From: Candidatus Micrarchaeia archaeon | GTDB lineage: Archaea > Micrarchaeota > Micrarchaeia > Micrarchaeales > CABMGC01 | Assembly (NCBI GenBank): GCA_049966395.1 | Contig: JBMFUT010000005.1 | Coordinates: 1 to 12,111 of the forward strand | Reading direction: 5' to 3' | DNA: 12,111 nucleotides | In this document: positions 1 through 7,813 of the stretch, in pieces | Numbering within the stretch: the stretch's first letter is position 1 | Layout of the letters: each line of letters opens with the position of its first letter | Notes under the pieces: model-generated | What the model was told of the DNA's origin: nothing | What the model saw: the letters and a program-made list of their open reading frames with translations, nothing else | Databases searched by the model: none | Program-made: the position numbers and the translations under genes

Positions 1-1
1 C

Positions 2-1558
2 TTGCCCTATATAGTCAAGCTCGTTGTAATGCGAAAGCCAGGAGGGAGGCGGACCGGGCTTGTATTCCAGAGTCAGATTGCATTCCTTGATCATTGGTGA
101 GCGGTTGCTGATTACCAGCAGGCTGTTTGGAGCTATGGCAGAACATTGGAGAGGCAGCGCGTATATCGGGGTCTTGTACTTGTAGTATATCCCTATAGGT
201 ATGCTGAAATCGCCGTATATGGTTATGTTGTGGTTTGCATTGTACTGGGATATCAAAAAGTTACCAATATTTATGAGGGGATATGCGTACTTGTATTCTG
301 AATATGAGGCCGCCCTTATAATGATTATCGCGTTTACTAAAAGCACGGCTATGACAATAGCTAGGATAGCATATGCAGATGCCCTCAAGAGCCTGTGCCT
401 CCCTATTTTCTCTATCGCAGTGAAAAATCCGAAAGATATTATTAGCATCATGGAAGGCGCAAGAAGCAGCAGAAACCTTGGCCACGTTATAAGGAAGGAA
501 TATCTTTCTAAGCTTGCGGTGCCGAAGCTAAGGTAGAGGAGCACGAAGCCAAACCAGAAGAGAGGAATCGAAGACCTGCGCCTGGGTAATATTGCGAGCA
601 CTATTATGAAAAACGCCGCAACGTAGCCAAACAGCCCTAGGAAGTCGTAGTCAGGCTCCATATGCAAAGGTATTGAAGTTGCCGCCATAAGGATTGGCGT
701 TGCATTTGCATTTTCAAGGGCGCGGAGCCTGGCAGTTATGCTGTATGGGAAGAGAGCTATCATGTAACTGCTGAATGAATTATGGTTATTAACAAATGCG
801 TTGGCGTAAAAATTCGACGATGTCTGCACTAGGCTTAGAGGATTGCCCGTCTTTGCCGCGCCAAGTGTAACAATCAGCCACGCTGCTATAGAAATGCCTA
901 CAAGGAAGCATATCGTGTTTGCTTTTATATTGTTCTTTATTTTGCCTATGTTGATAAGGAATACAAACAGCACTACAGGAATTATTATCACTGTCTCTGA
1001 GGTAACCAAGAAAGAAGCTACGGAAAAGAAGCCCGCCAGCGCAAAGTACTTGCCTGAATTCTTGTTGCCTGACGCAGCTTTTATGGCAAGGAAAACCGAG
1101 AGCGCCGCAAAAAATGCCATAGGCACATTGTCGCCCACGCTGGAGCTTTCTATTACTGCAAGGGGCAGAAAAGAATAAAGAAAAGCTGCAAGCATTCCGG
1201 CCCTCGCAGAATAGAGCTCCTTTCCAATGAAGTATATCAGCACTATAGTCAATAGGAAGCAGAGCACTCCGAAAGCCGCGGCTGAAGCGGGGCTGTATCC
1301 AAATAGCAGGTAGAACAACGCTATTCCGCTTATGAGTATGTAGCGCTCGTCAAGAGGGCCCGTTATGTCGTTGAAATTGCCTGCGAGCAGATTGTGCGCA
1401 GAATCTGTATATAGATAGTTGTCTGATGTGTTTATTATGCTTGGACCGTGGAAAAAGGAAACACTTAGGGCAAGTCCTATTGCCAATGATAACAAAAGAA
1501 TTAAGGTGCCCCCAAGCCGCCTTCTTACATTTGCTGACTCCTTTTTGCCTGCCGCCAT
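2..1558 (-). CDS. Polytopic GT-C fold glycosyltransferase (ArnT/PMT, GT39-like), 3'-partial, >=519 aa
   Basis: Not in the ORF track because it has no stop inside the window. Manual translation from ATG at 1558 (MAAGKKESANVRRRLGGTLILLLSLAIGLALSVSFFHGPSIINTSDNYLYTDSAHNLLAG...) is open to the left edge. It has many hydrophobic helices, an acidic residue in the loop after TM1 (SDNYLY), and the motifs LIYFIGKELYSARAGMLAAFLYSFLP, TGNPL and PRFLLLLAP typical of ArnT/PMT-like proteins, followed by a soluble C-terminal domain. Confidence 0.82.
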   Translation of the reverse strand, partial: MAAGKKESANVRRRLGGTLILLLSLAIGLALSVSFFHGPSIINTSDNYLYTDSAHNLLAGNFNDITGPLDERYILISGIALFYLLFGYSPASAAAFGVLCFLLTIVLIYFIGKELYSARAGMLAAFLYSFLPLAVIESSSVGDNVPMAFFAALSVFLAIKAASGNKNSGKYFALAGFFSVASFLVTSETVIIIPVVLFVFLINIGKIKNNIKANTICFLVGISIAAWLIVTLGAAKTGNPLSLVQTSSNFYANAFVNNHNSFSSYMIALFPYSITARLRALENANATPILMAATSIPLHMEPDYDFLGLFGYVAAFFIIVLAILPRRRSSIPLFWFGFVLLYLSFGTASLERYSFLITWPRFLLLLAPSMMLIISFGFFTAIEKIGRHRLLRASAYAILAIVIAVLLVNAIIIIRAASYSEYKYAYPLINIGNFLISQYNANHNITIYGDFSIPIGIYYKYKTPIYALPLQCSAIAPNSLLVISNRSPMIKECNLTLEYKPGPPPSWLSHYNELDYIGQ

Positions 1559-1571
1559 GAATGCATCTCAG

Positions 1572-1602
1572 AATTTATATTTTATGGCAAGAAATATATT
1601 TG
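1572..1602. promoter_or_regulatory. Divergent archaeal promoter region (TATA/BRE-like elements on both strands)
   Basis: AT-rich 67-bp gap between divergent ATGs at 1558 (-) and 1626 (+). The plus strand has AAGAA-ATATATTT about 25-30 nt before ATG 1626, consistent with a leaderless transcript. The minus strand has ATAAAATATAAAT at 1585-1573. Confidence 0.55.
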
Positions 1603-1625
1603 AATAAGTCTAAGCATCTGATTTA

Positions 1626-2135
1626 ATGCAACATTTCTTGATACCTAGGGAAAGGGCTAAGCTTCTTAACGGCAAGCTCCTTGAAGAGCTTGAGAAGAGG
1701 CTCGGGTGCAGCATAAGGATCAGCGATGAGAATGCAGTGACCCTTGATGGCGACGCATACTTGGAATACAATGCAAAGGGAGTCATATTCGCGTTTGGTA
1801 GAGGTTTCGATGCAGAAACCTCATGCAAGCTTCTTGACGACGCCCATTTCCTGGAAGTTATAGATCTCAAGGAGAGAATAGGCGACGAATCTAGGAGGAA
1901 GCAAATAAAGGCAAGAATTATAGGAAGAGGCGGCGCCGCAAAGACATATATTGAAAAATTCAGCGGGACAAATATTAGCGTATATGGCGACACTGTTAGC
2001 ATAATAGGCGCCCTTGACGACATCAAAGTTGCAAAGGCGGCAATAAACGCCATTGCAGAAGGGAGCATGCACAGAAAGGCGTATACTCTCATGCAGATGG
2101 AAAAGGAGAAGCTTAGAAGAGAGAAGGGGGCATGA
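1626..2135 (+). CDS. dim2: KH-domain pre-rRNA processing protein (archaeal Dim2/Pno1/Krr1 family)
   Basis: 169 aa with N-terminal IPxER, A(F)GRGF, KH loop RIIGRGGAAK, ISVYGDTVSIIG and C-terminal EGSMHRKAY. The family commonly lies just upstream of top6B in archaea. Confidence 0.9.
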   Translation: MQHFLIPRERAKLLNGKLLEELEKRLGCSIRISDENAVTLDGDAYLEYNAKGVIFAFGRGFDAETSCKLLDDAHFLEVIDLKERIGDESRRKQIKARIIGRGGAAKTYIEKFSGTNISVYGDTVSIIGALDDIKVAKAAINAIAEGSMHRKAYTLMQMEKEKLRREKGA

Positions 2136-2136
2136 A

Positions 2137-3726
2137 ATGGAAGCAATAAGCGCGGATGACATATTCAAGGAGTTCAGGGAGCATTCAATAACGGAATTCT
2201 TCAGAAAGAACAGGCAGATGCTTGGCTATTCAGGCAAGGTAAGGTCACTCACGACCATAGTTCACGAATACGTGACAAATTCGCTTGATGCTTGTGAAGA
2301 GGCAAACATATTGCCCACAGTCAGGGTCGAGATAAAAGGGACCGGAGAAGATAGGTATTTGATAACAGTAAGGGACAACGGCCCAGGCATACCAAAGAGT
2401 ATAGTTGGCAAGGCGCTAGGCTCCATACTCACAGGCACAAAATTTCACAGGTATATGCAGCAGAGAGGACAGCAGGGGATAGGGGCTGCGGGGTGCACCC
2501 TCTTCGCTCAGATAACTACAGGAAAGCCAGTGCACGTTAAGGCAAATACTGGGAGGGAGGCCTACGAGGCAGACATTTCAGTGGACATAAAAACAAACAA
2601 GCCAATAGTAAGCAATACTGTAGCTCTTCGGCCTGAAGGAAGCACTTTCATGGAAATAAGCATGGAGGCGGCAGATGTAAAGCATGAGAACAGCGACCAC
2701 GGGGTATATGAATACCTTAGGCGCACGGCAATAGCCAACCCGCACGTTGAAATATCGCTTTTGGAACCAGACGGAAAGGAAAGCATTTTCCCAAGATCTT
2801 CAGAAAGCATACCTAAGAGGCCGAAGGAAATTAAGCCGCATCCACTAGGCTTAGAAGCAAGCGACCTGCTCGATTTCGCTCACCTCAGCGAAAACAAAAA
2901 GATATCTTCGTTCCTTGTGGAAACTTTCTCAAGAGTCACCCAGGATAAGGTTGCAGAGCTCAAGCAGATTGCAACCGATGTAGACTTTTCCAAGGAGCCG
3001 AAGAATATGACATGGAACGATGCAGAGAGCCTCGTCAAGGCCTTCAAGCAGCTCAGATGGATAGCACCAGATATGGATGCCCTTTCAACAATAGGCGAAG
3101 AAAGAATTGCAGCGGCAATAAAGAACATACTAAATCCGAAATTCGAGAAGGTAATAGAGAGAAAACCGAAAATATTTAGGGGAGGCATACCATTCGTTGT
3201 AGAAGCAGGCATCGCTTTTGGCGGGGGCGCCGGAAGGAAGGGCGAAGATGGAACATTAGGAGGCACTATAATGAGATTTGCAAACAGGGTGCCGCTGCTG
3301 TTTGACAGCGCCAATTGCGCGATAACAGAAGCAGTCAAGAGCATACAGTGGAAAAGGTATGGCATAGGCAATTTTGACGAGGAACCGGTAAGCGTATTTG
3401 TAAACGTGTCGTCTGTTTACGTGCCTTACGCTGGCGTCGGGAAGCAGGCAATAGCGGACGAAGACGAAATAGTTGAAGAAATAAAGCTTGCAGTAATGGA
3501 TGCTGCAAGAGGCGTCCAGGGCTACATAAGCAGCACGAGAAACATGCAGCTCCAGGAATCAAAATACAAGACAATAATGAGATATGCCGACCAGCTCTCC
3601 AGTGACCTCGCAGAATTGACAGGGGTGGACAGGGGCAAAATAGAAAAGGAGCTTAAGGCGCTGATAGAGAGCAAATACAAGAGGCTTTTTGAGGAAACAG
3701 AAAATCAAGTACAAGAAAGCAACTAG
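2137..3726 (+). CDS. top6B: DNA topoisomerase VI subunit B (529 aa)
   Basis: Contains SITEFFRKNRQMLGY, GHKL motifs EYVTNSLDA, DNGPGIP and RGQQGIGA, an H2TH region, transducer RFANRVPLLF and the switch-lysine motif GKQAIA. Start revised to ATG 2137, 1 nt after the dim2 stop, with purine-rich GAAGGGGG upstream. Confidence 0.97.
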   Translation: MEAISADDIFKEFREHSITEFFRKNRQMLGYSGKVRSLTTIVHEYVTNSLDACEEANILPTVRVEIKGTGEDRYLITVRDNGPGIPKSIVGKALGSILTGTKFHRYMQQRGQQGIGAAGCTLFAQITTGKPVHVKANTGREAYEADISVDIKTNKPIVSNTVALRPEGSTFMEISMEAADVKHENSDHGVYEYLRRTAIANPHVEISLLEPDGKESIFPRSSESIPKRPKEIKPHPLGLEASDLLDFAHLSENKKISSFLVETFSRVTQDKVAELKQIATDVDFSKEPKNMTWNDAESLVKAFKQLRWIAPDMDALSTIGEERIAAAIKNILNPKFEKVIERKPKIFRGGIPFVVEAGIAFGGGAGRKGEDGTLGGTIMRFANRVPLLFDSANCAITEAVKSIQWKRYGIGNFDEEPVSVFVNVSSVYVPYAGVGKQAIADEDEIVEEIKLAVMDAARGVQGYISSTRNMQLQESKYKTIMRYADQLSSDLAELTGVDRGKIEKELKALIESKYKRLFEETENQVQESN

Positions 3727-3728
3727 GC

Positions 3729-6122
3729 TTAGAAAAGCAGCTGGTCGAGCGCATTTGTGCTCACTAGCTTTATGTAACTGTAGCTTATTCCTATCTTCAG
3801 CATCTCCGCCTCTTCGCCATATGAAGAGTAGAGCTTCTCTAGGAAACTTTGCTTCGTCTCCTCATCTATGAAAACTATGAATGTCTTTATACCATTCACC
3901 AGGCGTATGCTCCTCATTCCGGATATGCTTGAGTATATTATAACGTGCGCCTGAACCCCGCTTTTGCTTATCACCGCGTCGGCTATGTCGCTGCTGTCCA
4001 TTTCTGTGAAAAGTATTGCGTGGGATATGCAGTAGTCGCGAAGCTTCCTAAATACCGCCAGGTATTCTATGTCGTGCTTTGAGCTTTCTATGAATTTCTT
4101 AGGCGCATAGTACCCGCCAGCCGTTTCCACTTCGCCCTGTGCAATAAGGTTGCTCATTATGAGGTTTGCATTTTGCAATGTAACGGCAATGGGCATGCCA
4201 TTGTACCTTATGTTGGAATCTATGCCGTTCTTTACTTCCTCTATCGACAAAGGCATGTTGCGCCAATGGTAATAGTAGTTTACCTTGTCGAATATGGCAA
4301 GGATGTCGTTCTTCCCCACGCTTACTGTTGATTTTTTCTGCGGCGGAAAGTCCGGGACGTCTATGTAGTATTCGTCCCTGTTCGGAGACTTGAGTATGAG
4401 GTTAAGCGCTATTACAACAATGCCTACTATTGCGAATTCTATGTAGAATGCAGGTATGTGGAAGACTTTTTTAATGTAGCTAGTAGAGTAAGAAAAACTT
4501 AGTCGGCTCATGTTTATTGTAAATACCTGGTTGCCGTAGTTGATTATTGCGCCTTTAGGAAGCGAATAGTATAGGTCTCCTCCGTAGAGCGTACCGCTTT
4601 GCTTATATGCACCGTTGAGGGTTATTGAATAGGTTGTGTTTGTAACCGGCGCGCCGTTGCTGTAAACAGAGAATATGAAGGTTCCGTTTGCAAAATTCAG
4701 CGCGACTGGCTTGACTTCTGGTGGCAGCACCTGGAAAACTGCACTGGAATAGTAGCGATTGTAGAAATCCCTAAGCAGCAGTATGTAGCGGCCTTCCGGA
4801 AGGTTGAAGGCGTAGTACTTAATCACGTTTATGTTTGAACTCGTGTTGAAAAATCCGATTGGTATTGACTCTATGTAGCTCATGTTGTCTGTGAAAAGGT
4901 CGAGATGCGGCACGACCAGGTGCTTTGATGAGGATGCTGTGCTCATGCCTATTGTCATTGCTGTCTGCTCTGCGAAGCCCAAAATGCTGGGCACGCTTAA
5001 TGTACCGTTAGCTGAATATTTGATCGAAAAAGGAATATTGTAGTAGTTAGTGAATGTGCTGTTTTGCGCCACTATAGACACCAGTGGGTAAGACATGTTT
5101 ATCTGCTGCTCTGAAATCTGCGAATTAGGCATTGTCTGGTTAAGCGTGAATATGCCAACATTACCGTTTGTAACGTTGGAAATGTTTTCGTATCCGAACG
5201 CCAAGCTAGGATTCCACACTTGAGAGTATATGACTTTTGCTATGTCGTGGGCAAGAGAAACTGGATTGCCCCAGCTTGCAGGCGTGCTTGGAAGCGCTAC
5301 AAGGGTGCCGTTGAAACGCGGTGGTACTCGATTGGCATATTTGTTGACATAGGTAAGCGGCCCATACATTGTACCGTTTATAAACTTGAAATTTGGAGAA
5401 GATATGCTTATGTTGAGCGGATTCGCCTTCTTGAGCTTAACGCTGCTGAAAGGCATGGTGCCGAGTCCGTACAAGTATAACTGGCTTAGTGTCTGCGGCG
5501 GATTCACAAATATGACGCCATTAGGACCTACTAGCCTGGAGAAATTTTCTCCTATGTAAACTATGGTGTCGCCTTCGTTTAGGAGGGTTTCTATTGGCAG
5601 CGTGCTGTTTGAAGACTGCATTAGCTGCGTTGGCATTAGCCCCGTAGCTATTATGACCATCGAGCCAGGAATTATGCTGCTGATGTTTTGTATGCCTATC
5701 ATCTGTATTCCGCTGAAAGAGCTGTTAAGCATATCGTAATAATAGATCTCGTTTGAGACATTGTCATACAGGCTCTGGGTCCCAAGGCATTGGTAGCACT
5801 CGCCGGTAGAGTTTAGAAAATAGATTTTTGGCATTGGATTGAACACGTACATTTTCAGACTGAAATTAGCTGATATTACGTTTTCGGTGGTGTAATTTAC
5901 AAGCGCGTAGCCAACAAGCTGCTGGCTGTTGTTGTAGGAAAGCACACCTTCTGAATTTACATACGCTGATATCGACATGGGTCCTGTGAACTTCGGAGCC
6001 GGTGTCTTTGGGATGTGGCTTATTACGCTTGAGACATAAAGGTAAAGAGAAAAGATGAGCAGTGCAATAACCGCTACTGCAAACAGTATAATGTATAGCA
6101 GTTTTCTGTTAGATTTGGCCAT
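3729..6122 (-). CDS. 797-aa two-TM membrane protein with large sequon-rich extracellular region and cytoplasmic C-terminal domain (putative winged helix)
   Basis: Long ORF with an N-terminal TM (LLYIILFAVAVIALLIFSLYLYV) and a second TM (FYIEFAIVGIVVIALNLIL). About 23 N-X-S/T sequons lie between the TMs and none after TM2. The C-terminal part is charged and includes LIMSNLIAQGEVETAGGYY. Confidence 0.85.
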   Translation of the reverse strand: MAKSNRKLLYIILFAVAVIALLIFSLYLYVSSVISHIPKTPAPKFTGPMSISAYVNSEGVLSYNNSQQLVGYALVNYTTENVISANFSLKMYVFNPMPKIYFLNSTGECYQCLGTQSLYDNVSNEIYYYDMLNSSFSGIQMIGIQNISSIIPGSMVIIATGLMPTQLMQSSNSTLPIETLLNEGDTIVYIGENFSRLVGPNGVIFVNPPQTLSQLYLYGLGTMPFSSVKLKKANPLNISISSPNFKFINGTMYGPLTYVNKYANRVPPRFNGTLVALPSTPASWGNPVSLAHDIAKVIYSQVWNPSLAFGYENISNVTNGNVGIFTLNQTMPNSQISEQQINMSYPLVSIVAQNSTFTNYYNIPFSIKYSANGTLSVPSILGFAEQTAMTIGMSTASSSKHLVVPHLDLFTDNMSYIESIPIGFFNTSSNINVIKYYAFNLPEGRYILLLRDFYNRYYSSAVFQVLPPEVKPVALNFANGTFIFSVYSNGAPVTNTTYSITLNGAYKQSGTLYGGDLYYSLPKGAIINYGNQVFTINMSRLSFSYSTSYIKKVFHIPAFYIEFAIVGIVVIALNLILKSPNRDEYYIDVPDFPPQKKSTVSVGKNDILAIFDKVNYYYHWRNMPLSIEEVKNGIDSNIRYNGMPIAVTLQNANLIMSNLIAQGEVETAGGYYAPKKFIESSKHDIEYLAVFRKLRDYCISHAILFTEMDSSDIADAVISKSGVQAHVIIYSSISGMRSIRLVNGIKTFIVFIDEETKQSFLEKLYSSYGEEAEMLKIGISYSYIKLVSTNALDQLLF

Positions 6123-6136
6123 GTAACCATTTGCAC

Positions 6137-6289
6137 TTATATCTCTGACTTCTTCTCATTCAAAAATATCCTGTCTACCAATTTTTGGAACCATATTGAG
6201 AGCTTGTTGGTGTTCTCATTCACCCTTTTTACCACTCGGTAAACCTTTATGTTTTGGGTCCTCTTGTTTATGGTTGCGTAATATTTCAT
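6137..6289 (-). CDS. Small basic hypothetical protein (50 aa), below the ORF-track cutoff
   Basis: MKYYATINKRTQNIKVYRVVKRVNENTNKLSIWFQKLVDRIFLNEKKSEI*. ATG is 7 nt after the upstream stop (6297) and TAA is 14 nt before the next start (6122), so it fills the gap neatly on the operon strand. Confidence 0.65.
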   Translation of the reverse strand: MKYYATINKRTQNIKVYRVVKRVNENTNKLSIWFQKLVDRIFLNEKKSEI

Positions 6290-6296
6290 TGAAACA

Positions 6297-7019
6297 CTAG
6301 CTTTTCAATTCCAAATATCCCTGCGACACCATTTTGTTCAATATTTGCTCCACTCTCGGCGAAGGTATCTTGTAAGTCTTTGCAAATTCGTCTATGTCTA
6401 TGGTGCTGTTGTGGGCTATTATCCAGTCTTCGACCATTGCCATCAGCGATTCGTCTGAGAACGTCTGGAGGACTTTCAGTTCCTCCGAAAGCTTACTGTT
6501 TTCGTCCTTGAGCTGGGCAGCTTCTATGGTAAGGTTCCTGTTTGACGCTATAAGCTCGAGATTCTGCCTTTTGAGCTCCCTGTATTCGCTTACAAGCGCG
6601 TCGTACCTGTTGAAAAGCACGCTATAACTCTGCGAGAGGCTGTTGAGCACATCTTCTATTGCTGAATCGATGTACTGGAAGAACTTTGTTTCGTCCACAT
6701 GGAAATTCTCATTTATCATTGAAAGTATGGCTGCAACGTTCTTTATTACTGTCAGCTTCCTGAGTTTCTCGCTCGTGTCTGGCGCTATGGAGTATGTTAC
6801 TGTCATGCCCTCTTCCTTTATGGCCAGAATATAGAACAGGAATGGCTTTTTGTTTATGTCCCTGCTTTCTATCTTTGTCACTAGAAGCTCGTTGTTTTCA
6901 ATTTTGGCTGAGAAGAAAGGGGAATTGCTTATCTTAGACAGTATGTCTTCCAGCTTGCCAGTGATAGAGCCTGTTATTGCAAACTCTTCCACCTTAATAG
7001 AAGGGGTTTCCTCAGCCAT
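6297..7019 (-). CDS. Hypothetical protein: N-terminal alpha/beta domain, coiled coil, C-terminal winged helix (240 aa)
   Basis: Heptad-rich segment YDALVSEYRELKRQNLELIASNRNLTIEAAQLKDENSKLSEELKVL, followed by a wHTH-like end IDIDEFAKTYKIPSPRVEQILNKMVSQGYLELK. Confidence 0.8.
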   Translation of the reverse strand: MAEETPSIKVEEFAITGSITGKLEDILSKISNSPFFSAKIENNELLVTKIESRDINKKPFLFYILAIKEEGMTVTYSIAPDTSEKLRKLTVIKNVAAILSMINENFHVDETKFFQYIDSAIEDVLNSLSQSYSVLFNRYDALVSEYRELKRQNLELIASNRNLTIEAAQLKDENSKLSEELKVLQTFSDESLMAMVEDWIIAHNSTIDIDEFAKTYKIPSPRVEQILNKMVSQGYLELKS

Positions 7020-7038
7020 AGTATCAGATCAGTTGACT

Positions 7039-7052
7039 GTTATTAAATATAC
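7039..7052 (-). promoter_or_regulatory. Possible internal TATA box for the last three genes of the cluster
   Basis: Minus strand GTATATTTAATAA lies about 25-30 nt upstream of ATG 7019, in a 44-bp gap that is larger than the neighbouring 0-17 bp gaps. Confidence 0.4.
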
Positions 7053-7063
7053 CGCCAATGTTT

Positions 7064-7498
7064 TTATTTTATTGCTTTATCATTTGCTGCCTGGCTTTGT
7101 TTGGAATGCACTCGGCCTTTTGTTTCTTTTGGCGGAATGGCAAGATGCTGACCGAGCTTGATTTTGGGGATATAGCTCAACAGCGAGAGAAGATAGAGGA
7201 AAACAGCAACTATTACCGTCACAATGAAAGTTCCGATTCTTGGGGATATTACCGTTCCAGTGATTATGAAAAGTATTCCAAGTATTATGTATATTTTTTC
7301 CCTTTTCTCGAATCTCTTCCTGAGGATCTTGTACTTCGGGTAGCAGTCCTTGCATACTACTATCCTGTTGCGCTGCTCGTTCTTAGTGACGTTTCTTTTG
7401 AACCATCTTATCGCATCTATGACATAGTCGCTTTCTATTTCTATGCCATCCTTTTCCTGGCCGCAGATTATGCAGTAGCTCTTAGTTTTGTCAGCCAT
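7064..7498 (-). CDS. Zinc-finger (CxxC...CxxC) membrane protein with two TM helices (144 aa)
   Basis: CIIC near the N-terminus and CKDC about 40 aa later, then a basic helix, two hydrophobic segments and a basic tail. GAGGATG SD-like sequence upstream of the ATG. Confidence 0.82.
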   Translation of the reverse strand: MADKTKSYCIICGQEKDGIEIESDYVIDAIRWFKRNVTKNEQRNRIVVCKDCYPKYKILRKRFEKREKIYIILGILFIITGTVISPRIGTFIVTVIVAVFLYLLSLLSYIPKIKLGQHLAIPPKETKGRVHSKQSQAANDKAIK

Positions 7499-7508
7499 GG
7501 CAACATCC

Positions 7509-7805
7509 TCACGTTACGTTCACTTCGACGACCCTGCCATAAGAAGCATTTATCCTCTCTTCGTCGAGGGCATTGAGTATCTTTGTTATTGTAACATCAT
7601 CTATTCCGAGGCGCCTGAGGACGTTTTTGACGCTTTCCTGGCCTAAGCCGTATTTCTGCAGCATTCCAGCAAATGTCACTGCGTCAACGTGCCTATGCAT
7701 CTTGTTTATAGAAGCCTCAAGGGTGTCTATGTTCTTGTCGCTCATGCCGAGCATCGTCAGCATTTTCTTCAAGTCAAGCCTGTTTACTATAAATGTTTCT
7801 CCCAT
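7509..7805 (-). CDS. 98-aa protein paralogous to the C-terminal domain of the upstream ATPase
   Basis: Ungapped manual alignment with the ATPase tail gives 23/76 identities. GGTG SD-like sequence upstream and an 8-nt gap from the ATPase stop. Confidence 0.85.
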   Translation of the reverse strand: MGETFIVNRLDLKKMLTMLGMSDKNIDTLEASINKMHRHVDAVTFAGMLQKYGLGQESVKNVLRRLGIDDVTITKILNALDEERINASYGRVVEVNVT

Positions 7806-7813
7806 TGTGACAC

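Noticed and set aside
201..1607. Short ORFs 201-536, 261-485, 843-1178 and 1419-1607
   Set aside because: Antisense or out-of-frame shadows of the long minus-strand glycosyltransferase, with no recognisable motifs.
2053..2136. TTG start giving Top6B a 28-aa N-terminal extension
   Set aside because: It overlaps the dim2 3' end. ATG 2137 follows the dim2 stop directly and matches the usual Top6B N-terminus.
1610..3871. Minus-strand or alternative-frame ORFs over dim2 and top6B, and 3689-3871 (+)
   Set aside because: They overlap well-supported genes and have shadow-like composition.
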